A DNA stretch of 63,772 nt, counting the filler, from Folioceros fuciformis (Eukaryota), in assembly GCA_049999805.1 (NCBI GenBank). It is 7 parts of 7 records of this genome, joined end to end, with 100 filler letters (N's around TTAATTAATTAA, not from the genome) between each part and the next. Parts side by side here need not be neighbours in the genome. Positions count along the whole stretch, not along the records: positions 21,692 to 25,723 come from JBNGIO010006098.1; positions 25,824 to 47,842 come from JBNGIO010006101.1; 5 more parts are not named here. One strand, 5' to 3'. This document shows, one piece after another, positions 24,601 through 36,444 of the stretch. How positions within the stretch are numbered: the first letter of the stretch is position 1; the number at the start of each line of letters is the position of its first letter. Under the pieces are notes generated by a model. The model did no database searches. It was given only the letters and a program-made list of their open reading frames with translations, and was not told where the DNA came from. The position numbers and the translations under genes were made by a program.

Positions 24601-25723
24601 CCAAATATTCAGTCAACAGTGCCTTCAAACCTACCTTCTCCTTGGGTGTGAGGTACTTGGACACCTTGACTTTCTTCCCTGGGGTCAACTCCATGTCCTC
24701 GACAGCATCGGGATCCACGTAAACTCCTTCGGGACTACTCCCTACACTTGTTCCTGATCCTTCTTCTGGGAAATCATAGTCATAGGCTTTCCCCTTCCAA
24801 AAGGCAGCTCCTTCCCTTTGCTCTTCATCCTCCTGTGGATCTTCATTCTCCACCACTTCAGTATGGAAACAAGTCACCTCTTGACCCAAATCCACCATCC
24901 TGACAGTATGCCCTACTCCCTTGTAGGCTCCTGTACTGCTGGAAGTGCTACCTCCAGCACTACCGGATGTGTACCCGGGGGATGGTCCTGCTGTTTCTCC
25001 CCCATAGGGAGCTTTGCTCCACGAGACAAACGAAACTTCAGCAGGTCCTGTAGGTTTAGACCTAAAGGTCACACCTTTCCTGCCAAAATCAAACACACAA
25101 GCTGTCCCGTACAACCACGGTCTCCCAAGGAGCCCCTTGTACCCTAGGTCAGACACTGGCCTCATGACAATGTAGGTTAGCTTGAACATGATCCCTCCTA
25201 TCACCGTGGGCACATCCTTCAACACTCCTAGAGGCTTCCTCTTGGTCTGATCTGCCATCCGAAGGTACACGCGGATAGGGTCAAACTCTGTGAACCCCAA
25301 ACGATGGGCTGTGTCCTCCGTCATGAGGTTGACACCAGACCCCGTATCCAGCGGTACATCCGGTACCAGACAACCTGCAATCTCCACCTCTATTTCAGGA
25401 GCTCCACAATCAGCCAACTCCACTGAACTCATCCAAGTCGGGACTGTCTTCCCTTCGAGTGGCTCCGGTATCCCTCGGATGGCTTCCGTGATGATCTTCC
25501 TGGCCTTGGGACTAACAGACAAGAGCTATCTCAAGCTCACCACAAACTCCTGGTCAAGCAAGGCGTCAGCAAATCCAGCAACCTTCATGGCCAAAGCCTC
25601 CCTTGTTGTTGTTGTCTTAGGAGGATTGATCCCTCCATCCTCCTCGCTTCGATCAACCTTCTCTCCTTCCTGTTCCTTCTCCAAGGGACTTGCACTCTCC
25701 ACCACCCCTGTCACAAGAGGGTC
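21692..25723 (-). mobile_element. Ty3/Gypsy LTR retrotransposon (non-chromovirus): pol, PPT and start of 3' LTR
   Basis: Domain order PR-RT-RH-INT. PPT GAGAAGGGGGG at 21751-21741 is followed by CA and then TGTGAACC (LTR start at 21738). No chromodomain after the integrase GPY motif. Confidence 0.95.
21785..25525 (-). CDS. Gypsy Pol polyprotein (aspartic protease, RT, RNase H, integrase)
   Basis: Uninterrupted 1245-aa ORF with LDTGSG, CQDFRKLN, PFGLCNAPATFQ, FLDD, NYSTTERE, H-H-CDAC, WGIDF, SDRG and GPYKV. Confidence 0.95.
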   Translation of the reverse strand, partial: LLSVSPKARKIITEAIRGIPEPLEGKTVPTWMSSVELADCGAPEIEVEIAGCLVPDVPLDTGSGVNLMTEDTAHRLGFTEFDPIRVYLRMADQTKRKPLGVLKDVPTVIGGIMFKLTYIVMRPVSDLGYKGLLGRPWLYGTACVFDFGRKGVTFRSKPTGPAEVSFVSWSKAPYGGETAGPSPGYTSGSAGGSTSSSTGAYKGVGHTVRMVDLGQEVTCFHTEVVENEDPQEDEEQREGAAFWKGKAYDYDFPEEGSGTSVGSSPEGVYVDPDAVEDMELTPGKKVKVSKYLTPKEKVGLKALLTEYLDVFAFKVTDMTGVPEELGVHRIDLKEGSTPVRVKQYRLNPKYSMVVKEQLDQYLEAGVIYPVLTSEWVAPIVVVPKKQAGKVRVCQDFRKLNEATKKDHHPLPFMDSVLDTVAGHEMYSFLDGYSGYNQITLREEDRDKTTFTTDWGTYAYTKVPFGLCNAPATFQQVVNTIFKEFLRKFMEVFLDDFCVFGRRYLHLEQLRKCLQRCRETNLKLHPGKCFFCMTEGILLAHRVSARGLQVDMEKVKIISEMDAPQSVRQVRAFIGLVGYYRRFIKDFAKKAAALTQLTKKDVLYEWTPEREEAFQDLKRSLVAAPTLSPPNWEKTFHVYVDVSAYAIGAILSQQDDKKRDHPIFYAGRQLTDAERNYSTTEREALGIIYACKKLRHYLLACKVVFHVDHFALKYLVNKPDLSGRIARWILFLQEFDFEVETRAGKSHVNADFVSRLKTKGKVRETDDRFPDEELIAAVHTVEEGEFDEQVTGEGGGTSTRVESSQKVSQARRKRNRRSDRLGRPCARQLLPVEVRRFLEFGIMPAGLSREGRAVFLHKTGPYCLKQGVLYKLGPDGKVRRCLEVNEGVVVTEALHAEEAGGHYSVPITIKKILDTGFWWATMQRDVWEFVRRCDACQRVGRPTLTTRWPLTYILPLAPFEKWGIDFVGPIRPPTRWTRKQYILVATDYCTKMVEAEATRRDDAPTVAKFLFENIITRYGCPLELVSDRGTHFLNEVITALTTYFNIRHRKTTPYNPKANGLTEKTNGLLGTILTKVTVTHMYDWDTKLHSALWAYRTAEKITTKRTPYYLTYGMSPVLPIEFEIPTHRVMEEARLPVRESQEARLEAFITYEEDREEALEETHRIQEQRKTRHDGRLRKKETIVQGDLVLLYDSRYMDFPGKLRLRWMGPYKVEEVFENGSVQLRVLDGDLLPTRVNGWQVKKYYQP

Positions 25724-25823
25724 NNNNNNNNNNNNNNNNNNNNNNNNNNNNNNNNNNNNNNNNNNNNTTAATTAATTAANNNNNNNNNNNNNNNNNNNNN
25801 NNNNNNNNNNNNNNNNNNNNNNN
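25724..25823. other. Artificial scaffold linker
   Basis: N-run + TTAATTAATTAA + N-run. Confidence 0.97.
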
Positions 25824-26865
25824 AGAGACATGCTACTTTGAGCTTGAAACATGTCTTTGAAAGTTATCCAGATTGCGTTGGAAGTAATTTGTCCGCTCGT
25901 ATGGTGCATCATGCTTTTGTCCACACCTGAAATAAGGATGCTTCTGGCGCGCTTGTCCTTTTTGGACCAGGCTGCAATCGGATCTGGGGTTGCAAGAGGA
26001 GTTGAGGTGGTAGTCGGTATAGGGACAGTACCATCTACGATACCCATGAGGTCGTGCTCCTCTAATAGCACGGTGATGCGCATTTTCCAGATGTCGTAAT
26101 CGCTTCCAGTGAAGCGGTCTCTGTCTCGAAACTCCACCTTTGTTGTATTGATGATATTGGTAGCCATCACTACGTGATGCGCGTGACGGGTAATTCTCTT
26201 TGCGACCAAAAGTGTGGTATGTTGTCCGATACGCCTGCTTAGAGTGCTTCTGACTCATTATGTGCATGTTCACATAAATTAGAGATGGTGACGAGGAGTG
26301 CCTCCATCTGCGACTTGATCAGCACTAAATGGCTCTTGATGTGATCGTCAAATGAAATTGATGAGTGACGAAAAAAAAAAAAAAACCGTAGGAGTTATGC
26401 CGCTGAAAGACACGGTAAGGTTGCCGGAGTGTGGGATGTCCTTCTGCAATTAGAACATAAACGCTCTAATGGTGGCGTTACAGGTCGTGCGTGACGGAGT
26501 TGCGTGAGGACGTTGCTGCCTTGAACGACACTCGCTGGAGTGCGGCGCCGAGGCATGATAGATGGCCCGGGATCATTGAGGCTGGCTACCGCTGCTCCAG
26601 ATGCACGCCATGTCGGGTGGCTAAGAAGGCCAAATGCGAGGTGCGTTAGTGGAGCGAGATGGAGTGTGGCCGATAAAGCTCTGATACCATAAAATGCAAA
26701 CAAATGTGCGTAGAAGAAGGAGCATTTTGATTAAGGGTGTTGGTCCATTTATACAAGTACTTTGGTAGTTGTAATCGTGTCCAGTAATAACTACTTGATT
26801 AATAACCGTTGGTGAACAACTGATTAATCGCTATTAACCGACTTTAATTGAACGTAATTTCCACA
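25824..26865 (-). mobile_element. 5' end of a Copia element: 5' LTR, tRNA-iMet PBS, leader and start of gag
   Basis: PBS TGGTATCAGAGC at 26689-26678; putative LTR 26865-26690 starting TGTGG; gag FTGSDYDIWKMRITVLL...WSKKDKRARSIL. Confidence 0.88.
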
Positions 26866-27022
26866 TCTGCGAAACCTGCCCTAAACGGGCGCTGCCCTGT
26901 GTAGCTGGCGCATGGTGCACAACATGGGACAAGCTGAACTTAACATCTGCGAAACCTGCCCTAAACGAGCGCTGCCCTGTGTAGCTGGCGCATGGTGCAC
27001 AACATGGGACAAGCTGAACTTA
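26863..27022. repeat. 80-bp tandem duplication at the LTR edge
   Basis: Two near-identical units starting at 26863 and 26943. Confidence 0.9.
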
Positions 27023-28402
27023 ACTGATGTATCGTGCATAGTCAACCAAGGAAGAAACTGCAAAGAAGCATATCCCTATATTGTCTAGTCCCATGCAAGC
27101 ACCATTCAATAACGAGAGAGGTCTGTTATCGAACGTGATGCATTAGTCGAGAAGCATGTTTATCTCTTTCATGACAAACATGTTGTGTGCTCATGCTAGA
27201 GGTTGTAAGGCTTGATGATGAGACTGGTGAAGGCTATTTGCAAGAAAGGATAGTGGGTCATGCTTGTGTGTGTAAGAAGTAGGACAACCTTATTAACGAC
27301 GATACTGAATGGCAGGACCTACATTGTAATTGAGGCAGATGAGATGTGCCACTTACATTCCCTAACATATGTAGGGGTATGAGGTCCTCCTAGATGTTAA
27401 GAAAGCGCTATCGTTTGAACCGCATCTACGAGACCCTTCTCAATTTTTGGCAAATTGCTCAAAATTGATGAAAGCAGGTGTGCATCAATGACTTGGACTA
27501 TATGAGAGCTCAAGTTGTGTAGTTGAGTGAAAGGAGGATGCATGCAATTGAGGGAATAGAGGTAGGCCAACATACTCTCGATGGTATTTGGTCCAATGTT
27601 GTAGATGCCTAGGAGGCTGTGGGCTCCACATTGAGAGAGATTGAAGACTTGAACAATTTTGACCTTGAAGAGACGAGTAGACTAGGGAAGCCGAAGTAGT
27701 CTATGACTTTATCACCGCATAAGAGGGTGGCTGGATCATCGATATTGTCATCCCATTAGAAGTGCAATGTGTGTAAAGTTTTTTGAAGTAAATGTGTGCT
27801 AGTCTTACAATGTGTACCTGTAGGAGTCCTACAAGTACCTTCTTGCAATAATACTAGCTCTAGAACGTAGACAATATGGCATGCAAGTTTCTCAGCATAA
27901 GAGTTCTCACTTCTCACTTTAAGCTCCTACACGTATGTGTACGTATAGATCCTTAATTCCCTATATATATGTGTACCTATAGACGACCTTCAAGTATCTT
28001 ATCACTATGAGTCCTTACACATATGTGTACCTATAGACCCTTAGTCCCTTAGCTTGAGTCTGAGAAGGACTAGGGATTGCTGTGCCCTAGGTGAGGACAC
28101 CTCAAGTCTAGGTGGATACTTTCTCTTGATATAGAGAGATCGTTGATATACACGTTTTTTTCTTAATAAAAATTATCCGAATCTATCTAACAACAGTTTT
28201 GTGTGCCACCCGTGTTTCGTACGAAGATGGACTCACGGATGGCAAGTGTAGTGTCACTGAAAAAAATATCTCGTCTCCTCTTTCCTTGATAAAATCTTCA
28301 AAAAATGTACCAGATTAGTGACACTTTATCTCGTGCTGCGCAAGAAAAGGAAGGGGATACCAACATGGGCTACAGTATCCAGTAGGCACGGTTACCACGG
28401 CG

Positions 28403-29047
28403 ATGGTGATGGCGATGGCCACGACAGCCCTCCTGTCTCGCCCGACGGCAGGTTCTGCCTTCCCTCGGGCAAGTATTTCATGCTGCTTTCTGATCGCTTT
28501 GGCTTCCTTGAATCCGCAAGTACAGTGTGGAGCTTAGGCTTCGTGCAACGGGCTTTGTTCTCTTCTGCCAACTACCTCCCCAACCTGTCTGGTTTCTTTT
28601 GAATGCTCCTGACGCGATGACCCTGCCTCCGCACAATTCAGCTAGGTTTATCACCATGTGAGATCTCATCAGGTTCGAAATTGATCACAAGCGTGCCTGC
28701 TTTCCAGTCACGGCCACACGCTGGCCGTGGAAATGACGGGAGGAGTTTCATCAATTTCCAGGATGACCCCATTGTGAAGGAAGCTTTGAAGGTGTGATCC
28801 TCAGAATGTTGGTTTCCCGTTTGGTTCTTCAACAGGCACTCAGGATTGCTCACTCCAAGTCGACTTTCCTTGTAAGCAGGAACCAGTTGCTTTCCTTGGG
28901 GGTGTCTTCGCAGGCCTACTACGGCTGGATTTGAACGAGGAGCCGCTCAAGGAATGGGTTACTAAGACCTCGGAGGCAGCTGGTGTGAAAGCGGACGAGG
29001 AGGACGCGTCTGCGGAGGATAAACCGGAAGAAATCGCTATAGAATGA
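28403..29047 (+). CDS. UPF0426 family chloroplast protein (At1g28150-like); exons 28403-28468, 28642-28791, 28880-29047
   Basis: Spliced translation ...DDPIVKEALK|EPVAFLGGVFAGLLRLDLNEEPLKEWV...PEEIAIE*; exon phases are consistent. Intron 1 is inferred to be GC-AG. Confidence 0.85.
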
Positions 29048-29727
29048 GTGTTTCGCTAGTCGGCATAGCTTGTTTCATGCTTAGAGTCAGGTAGTGATAC
29101 CATGTATGGGTTGCCCTGGCTTTGCGACGCTGCTTGGATTCTTAAATGCCAATGGACTGTGTCTTGAACACCATGTTACAGACAGGGGCAATCACGAAAA
29201 CTGAAAGGCCGGCTCCTACTGTGGCCATGTCTCTTTTGCTCTAAAGCAGCCATGCCGCTACCAATGGAACCCACTGAAATCCAGAGCGATGTACACTAGG
29301 TCTACCAAAGACAATCGGACACGAGAGGGTCAGCTCAGTCGTCCAGTTTTCATTCAGTTGCGAGTCGGAAAAGAGGTTTGCTCCAGCTACCCTAAGCTCA
29401 TCTGGGAGGGGACAGACGCCGCGCCGAGTTCCGTGCCTGTTGCCCGCCCGCTCTTTGGGTCGGAATCGGTGGCGAGCGTGTTGCAGGATTGCAAGGTTGC
29501 AGGTCTCAACCGAAACTGCATGATACCTGGCGAGAAACTGGAGCCTTGGGTGTCGGGCATCTGAGGAATCCGGCAACTGGGCTGCAGGTTCTCCCGCACT
29601 TTTGAAAGGCCGCTGACAGTCTGGTCTGTTTGATTCATTTATTGAGGTCGATTGTGAGGTACCCTCACACTGTGTGCCACTTCTGCATACAGACTGCGCA
29701 CGCAGGGTTTGGTTGTGAGGAGGCGGG

Positions 29728-30799
29728 ATGGCAGATAAAGGGCCGCAACCCTCCGAGGGTGAAGGTTGGACGCAGGGTGAGGATGCAGGTCCCGTTGTGA
29801 CGTATGACGGACCTCAGATGTGTCTCTTCAAAGGTATCGGCGACGCACTGGCTGGCTCCATCATGGGATCTGTCTTCGGCCTAGGTATGTGGGTTGGCGC
29901 AGTTTCTCCTTCCTGTCGCTAGCCCTTTCATTGTGTTTGCGGTGATCGGCATTCTCTGAGAGATTATGATTGGGCAGGTACAGGCATCTTCAAGAAGGCG
30001 GGTTTGAAGGGAGCGTTTCTGGAGGCAGGGAATTCTGCTAGGGTACATGTTTCCACCATGTTTTGGATTTGCTTTCTCCCTACATGACAGATGGAGCAAC
30101 GAGCTTTGGTCAAAAGTTTGAGCTTCTAGGTTCGAGTATACAGTGCATTGCATTGGTTTACACCGTTGAGTCGGAATCTTTCTGCAGACTTTCGCTTTGC
30201 TATCTGGAGTGCACAGTCTAGTTACCTGCTACTTGAAGCGTTTTCGGGGCAAGGAAGATGGTATTAACACAGTAACTATATTGATGCATCTCCGTGTGAC
30301 ATAGTTAGTTTTGTAGCGTCTGGAGTCGCAATAGTTTGTTTTGCTGCAACTGGAGTCAGTCACTTCCTTCACATTATTGTCTACTGACAGCTATCAACGC
30401 GGGGATTGCTGGCTGTGCAACCGGCCTCGTTCTGAGCACGCCAGGTATGTTATCCGGGTAGGCTGGTTTGCGAGACACTCACGCTCATTAAGCCAAATCT
30501 ACTTTCCTTCTCCTAATCCCTCCACTTGGCATGCAGGCTCACCTCAAGCACTTCTACAAAGCTGTGTCAGCTTTGGGGCTTTCTCTTACCTCTACGAGGC
30601 TGTCATACAGACCCGGCCCCCTCCTGCAGTGGCTGCAACTTTGCACGACGCCACGCGTTCATCAGACTACTCTACCTCGCTCCCTGTGCTGCCTCCATTC
30701 TGTCTCCCACCGATCCTGGGCATGGCTGACTCCGTGCACCGAATAGCAGCTGATCTGCAACTCAGGTGCAACGTAGGTAGGAACCCCAGGCGCTCCTAG
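29728..30799 (+). CDS. Tim17/22/23 (PRAT) family protein, TIM22-2/HP20-like; exons 29728-29884, 29978-30042, 30188-30260, 30391-30444, 30537-30799
   Basis: [20 protein letters not shown]|...[52 protein letters not shown], with GT-AG introns in phase. Confidence 0.88.
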
Positions 30800-31047
30800 A
30801 TGGTGTTCAGGGGTGGGCAATGTGCAGAGCAACGTTCTTGTATTTTTCTGTTGTAGAACTCGTTCCCTGTCTCGTAAATTGAGTCATCTGGGAAGGACGT
30901 GAAAGTAAAGTGAAGCACCTGTTGAGCGAGCCTTCCAGGTACGTGCAGGCTAGCCGAAGGATAACCATGGGTTAACCAAATTTGGAGCTGTGGTTAGCGA
31001 GACAACGTTTACCGCGGCTATTGTGTAATGAGCTGTGTCCCATGCCA

Positions 31048-31168
31048 GCAACATCTGTCACTGTGTGGACTGGAGGTGTGGAGACGAGTTCTTGCACTGG
31101 CAGCTGGGCAACATCTGTCACTGTGTGGACTGGAGGTGTGGAGACGAGTTCTTGCACTGGCAGCTGGG
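31048..31168. repeat. 60-bp tandem duplication abutting an assembly gap
   Basis: Identical units at 31048 and 31108. Confidence 0.85.
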
Positions 31169-31267
31169 NNNNNNNNNNNNNNNNNNNNNNNNNNNNNNNN
31201 NNNNNNNNNNNNNNNNNNNNNNNNNNNNNNNNNNNNNNNNNNNNNNNNNNNNNNNNNNNNNNNNNNN

Positions 31268-32676
31268 NGTCCAATACTGCCACCAGCATCGAGCATCACC
31301 AGGTGCGTCCGGAAGTTGGGCTGTTGAGAGAGTTGCAATGCAGATCGTACTGCTGGGACGTGAATTCGCTTTTCTAGGGCAGTGCATCAGGGTCTGTATG
31401 GATGCAAGATTTGTGGGTCTCATGCATTCTGTCCTCTGCAGGCATCCCGTGTGATCGGCACGGGTACGTTTGGATGCGGCACGGCGATTGTGGAAGGAGA
31501 GGATTTCATAGCACAGGGCATCACTTTTGAGAATGCTGCACCCAAGGCACGGCTCCTAGACTCTACAGCCACCAGGCACGCCTGCTTTCTTCCTTATTCT
31601 GCATTGGCTGTTCAGGCATCTCAGACTTCGGCGTTGGGCCTTCATGACTATCTTCAGATCTATCTTCCTTGCACTGACTGGGTGTTTGTTTTCACCTCGA
31701 AAATTATCTCTGCAAGCAGGGATCTGGACAGGCCGTGGCGATCCGTGTAACAGCTGATCGATGTGCGTTCTACTCATGTCGGTTTTTGGGATGGCAGGTA
31801 TTGTGACTATGAGCTGTCTCACATCTTGTTGGTTTACTGGCCATGCGTTTGTGCGTGTGCTAATAGCCTTTCCATAATCTTCAGATTCTGTCTGTGACTT
31901 ATGATGGTCAATTGCCAGGATACCGCGTACCTGCACTATGGTAGGCAGTATTTCAGAGATTGCTACATTGAGGGCAGCGTGGACTTCATTTTTGGGAATG
32001 CATCTGTTCTACTGGAGCATTGCCACATCCACTGCAAGGCTAATGGGTACATCACAGCACAACAGCGAAGGAGTCCTTTCGAGGCCTCTGGTTATGTGTT
32101 TCTTAGGTTTGTCGATCGTCCCTTTGTGGGTCCTCGATCATTCTCATTTTGTGCGTATAGGGCAGTAAGTTGCCGGATGAACCTCCTCTCACATCGCAAG
32201 TTGCTGATCGTGTGACCTTGTCCAGGTCTGTGATTACTGGGACTGGTGCAAGCTCTCCATATGTGCACCTAGGCCGTCCGTGGGCTCCTTATGCCCGTGT
32301 AATTTTTGCCTACACCTGGATGGATAGCTGTATCTTACCCACGGGCTGGAACAACTGGAACAATCACGAGAACGAGAAAACAGCGTGCTATTATGAATAC
32401 AGGTGCGTTGTCTTTGCCCCATTTTACATTTGATGCCTTCATACATGGATTTTTGTGTGATTCTTGTCTCTGACCACCACACTCTGTTGCCTTGTGTGCA
32501 GATGTTCTGGCCCTGGCAGTAATACTGCCAAGCGTGTTTCATGGGCTTCACAATTGAAGGATGACGAAGCCAAGCAGTTCCTCTCTGTCCATTTTATTGA
32601 CCCCCAACACTCGTGGTTGAGTGAAGCCGGCAAACCTGTAGCGGTACCTTACATACCGCTACCTCTCGCTGCCTAG
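31268..32676 (+). CDS. Pectin methylesterase, PME31-like; 5' exons lost in the gap
   Basis: GTGTFGCG, GQAVAIRVTADRCAFY, FLGWQ|DTAYLHYG, YIEGSVDFIFG, LGRPW and GWNNW across six visible exon segments; ends ...PLPLAA*. Confidence 0.93.
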
Positions 32677-33169
32677 GCCTTAGAGCGTTGAAAGACTTTG
32701 AGAAGTATATGGAGACGGGCTCTTCGGGTATATTTGTTTCGGGAGTCTTTCGAGATCCGTGCGATGAAAATGCGAAGCTTCAGCAGACGTGAGGGACGAC
32801 GTGTATGTATATAGTTCTAGGTATTTCGCGTCCCAGGAAGTCGTTACTGTGCTCTGAAGATATTTTGGCACTCGACGACGTGATGAGGTGTCTGATACGT
32901 GGAGTCTGTAACTGGAGTCTGCTTGTGGACTCCCGGTGCACACGCAGTTCTCGGGGATACAGTTGTCTTCGGAGCAAAAGCACTCAACATTATAGAACAA
33001 AGCATCTCGGCCATGCCCAGACGCGATTCTAACCAGCCGCAAAAATCCGCAAACAGCCGCAGCAATCGAGAGAGACGATCGCTTAGGCTACTGTCACGTG
33101 CCTGTACAGTCGGGATCCAACCCCCGAGCCAATTCTATTTGCAAAATCTCAACCGCGAGCTCCAATCTT

Positions 33170-33744
33170 CTAGAAGGACAACTCGGAGAAGAGCAGTTCC
33201 AGCTCGTCACCCCGGCACGCTCTCAGCTGCAAAAGTGGAACACTGTCCTACATCAGTCCTGTTCAACTAGCGAACAGCACAACATGGAAGGCACGACACG
33301 ACGGATCTGACAGGGGAATATCACTTAAAAAAGACGGTGGAGGCTGGGAAAGAACTCCAAGCACGACAGGAGGATGTAAGGATGTCCAAGGCGGCGGATA
33401 TGTGCGACATCATTCAGACAGATCGCGACGAACCTGCTCTGTTCCGTAGGCTGCTATGTGTGCTGAGCATCAGGCTGGCAGACAGCATGCCTACGCATCT
33501 ACGACATGGAAAGGGCAAAGGATTGTGGAGTCACCGCATTACTGGCACTGCTGGGACTAGGAGGAGCAGAGTTAACAATATCAACGCTCTTGGGATGAAT
33601 AGCCAGTAAGTCCAGCATTTTGTTCAACACACGGAGACGATGCGCGGCGTAAGCGCTGGTGGAAGGCAGCTGCTTGATTCGCTCTACTTCCGCCTGCACT
33701 TCCGCCGCCGCCTTACCCTTCTCACTCTCAAGCCCCGACTCCAT
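33170..33744 (-). CDS. Small conserved plant protein of unknown function (spliced; internal junction uncertain)
   Basis: Exon EVERIKQLPSTSAYAAHRLRVLNKMLDLL, and terminal exon 33226-33170 ...DELELLFSELSF* after a TTTTGCAG acceptor; resembles a conserved small green-plant protein. Confidence 0.6.
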
Positions 33745-34067
33745 CCATCTACTTGCGCAGCTTCCCTGGTTACACCACAATCCTTCCTCGCCCGATGCCG
33801 AGCACGGTGCGGATCACCACGCACAGCCAGATGGCTGTTACTGACTAAACTCCTCCTTCAACTATGAAGTACATAGATTACAGGGGAGTTGAATCACCTG
33901 CAACTTAACTGTCCCGGCAATTACTGGCTGCCAGAGTCGCAAACGTTACAACTTAAGGGTAAGGAGTCACGGGGTTAGACAGTCGGTGAATTTCATTGCA
34001 CTGCAAATCAATTCAGGATCTCAGAGCAAGCTACGGCCAACGCTCTTGTGCCATAAGATACTATGGA

Positions 34068-36366
34068 CTAAAAATTTTCGGAAGGAATTCGTAGCCTTCC
34101 AGGTGGAGGTGCAGATATAGTAACTACCTGCGTGGCAACGAACTGGAGGTAAGTCGAGATCCCACACAGAAAGATGCATTCAACCTTCCTACCATTCTGC
34201 AGTGGGCAGACTTACATGTCCCTCGACCGGATGATGAAAGGACATTTGAAATGCATGTAGCAAGTACCCAGTGTCCCCTGGAACAGGTGAAGTTGGCTTT
34301 GCATACCCCCTGCCATACAAACACATGTAAGCTGCTCCAAAAACAAGAGCAGAACCACATGATTGCTGAAGCAGGTAACAATCCAGTACCCATCCTCTGC
34401 GGGAGTAGCATTTTCTTCCAGATCCAGTCTTGACTCCACAGACGGTTTTCCTCCCTCTACGTACAAAGGATCACCTGCATATGCCTCTAAGGTCAGTGTC
34501 TAAGTTAAGTAAATGACACCCTGGGGGGGTATACTCTCAGAAGAACCCTCACCAAGCAGCGGATGGCCTATCGTGGCCATGTGGATCCTGATTTGATGGG
34601 GCCGTCCAGAGAATATTTCTACCTGGAGCAACAGCAGCTACAAATGAGACGTCGTTTAGATTCATACTGCCAAAGCTCGCCCCTGTATGGGTGACCACAG
34701 CCGTACGTACTAAGAAGCCATACCTCAACCAGAGTGTTTTGCTCAGTTTCGTCCCGCCAGACGACTGAAACTGAACTTTGAGCCGGCTTACCTTCGAACA
34801 ACAAGGCGGAGGCAAGATCAATTTTGCAATTTCGGTTGCACAACACCAGCCCCATACAGGTCGACAAAGAGAAGTTGTCCACCCACAAGCTAGACAAGGG
34901 GAAAACGGTAAACTTGGGGGATGAAAATACCAGTTGAAGATGCCATGTGAAGGCCACCAGAAACTCCTGGGTACTTAAGCCTGCCAATAGGCTGGTCAAT
35001 GACCATCTGAATGCATAGGCAGATGTAAGATTCTCTCTTAACCAGTCAGCAGTGCCATTGGCAAAGGTCGTCGCACAAAGAAACAACCTTATCGCTTTGT
35101 ATGACTCCCTTCACAAGAGCTCTGTATGTTTTTGTCATCCGCCGCTTGGTTTTTGTGTTGACATCTGGTCTGCAGACAGCAAACACGTCGACCATGTGTG
35201 AGGCATGCATACCGGCAGTGATAGGGATCAGGGGTAAAGTTCAACGAAGGACTTACATGCATTCAGAGCACGATGACGTCGATCCAGCAAAATCTGCAGC
35301 AAGTCTCGATTTCGACTCTGGTGTTTTTGCACAAAGCAGTACACCTAACAAAAGCGAAACGTTTTCCGTAAACAAAAGACACAACGTGAGGTACACACCG
35401 TGGGCGTCTTGCTGAGGAGTAACCAAGCAACAGATGAAAGGATCGGGTGAGACCTGAAGTGCCCCTTCCAAGTCGATGTACAGGAGTAGGTTGAGATACA
35501 TTTGATGGATCTCCCAGCTTCTGTGACAAGGCAGAGGACCACCACTGTAGTTGCTGCAGAACCGTTCTCTGCTGAAACAGGCCTCCGGGAAGAACTTGCA
35601 AACCGGATGGCTTGTTGATGGCGATCTGAAACACATCAAAACCACATCTCAACATATGAAGGTGTCGAGAGCATCAACCCCAATGCAGCATCCTTACTCA
35701 CCAGGTGCACATCCTCGAAAAGAACAGGTATTTCATAGGGAACAGAAGGCTCACTCCAGGGAAGCCTACGGTACACAATCGTAGACCCGAAACTGAAACC
35801 GGAATCCGCTCCATCAGGAGCTGTTTTAGCTGGAGTTTGAGACATCAAGGGAATGGGCACAACACCTGAGCTTGGCATCCGGGGACGTGATGACCTGCCC
35901 ATTCACCTTAATCTGGAAACAAGGAGGATACAAATAATGAATTCAGGCAAGATCTGCAACTTCTTGTTTTGAGCTTCCATGGGCAGCTTGGCTCCTTACT
36001 TGCCCGTTCCTGATCCTCTGCAGCCAACTGTCCGCTGGTTTGTCAGAACAGCCGAAATCGTCAGTCCAAAACTGAGCAGATACTTGCTGTGGGCTCTTGA
36101 AGCAACCACAAGAGCATACCCTTGTTCAGAAGCGGAATCCTTATATGTGGAGGCATAGTAGTGAAGCAGGGTTTCATCTACAAGCAAGCACTGCATGTCA
36201 AGGGCACGGGCGGCGCTCCAAGCAGCCAGGTTATTGCGAAATCGGATTCAGCTCTTGCACCTGAGCTGGAGGACTTCACGACGTCCGTGTACAACACTCC
36301 CTCGTTGAGAACGGGCCACGGAGTCCCAAAGGTGTACAAAGGGGGCGGAGCGGCAGCCATAGCCAT
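34068..36366 (-). CDS. RluA-family RNA pseudouridine synthase 5-like, multi-exon
   Basis: FGTPWPVLNEG, WLQRIRNGQ, YRRLPWSEP, NKPSGLQVLPGGLFQQRTVL, PVHRLGRGTSG, SGRPHQIRIH, GHPLLG|DPLY and YLLHA; last exon ends RIPSENF*. Confidence 0.9.
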
Positions 36367-36444
36367 ATGCTGGGAGGGCAGCGGACGCTATTGCCTCCGA
36401 ATATATAGGGCATGCCGTGATCCGAGTTGTGGGCCTCGTGAGCC

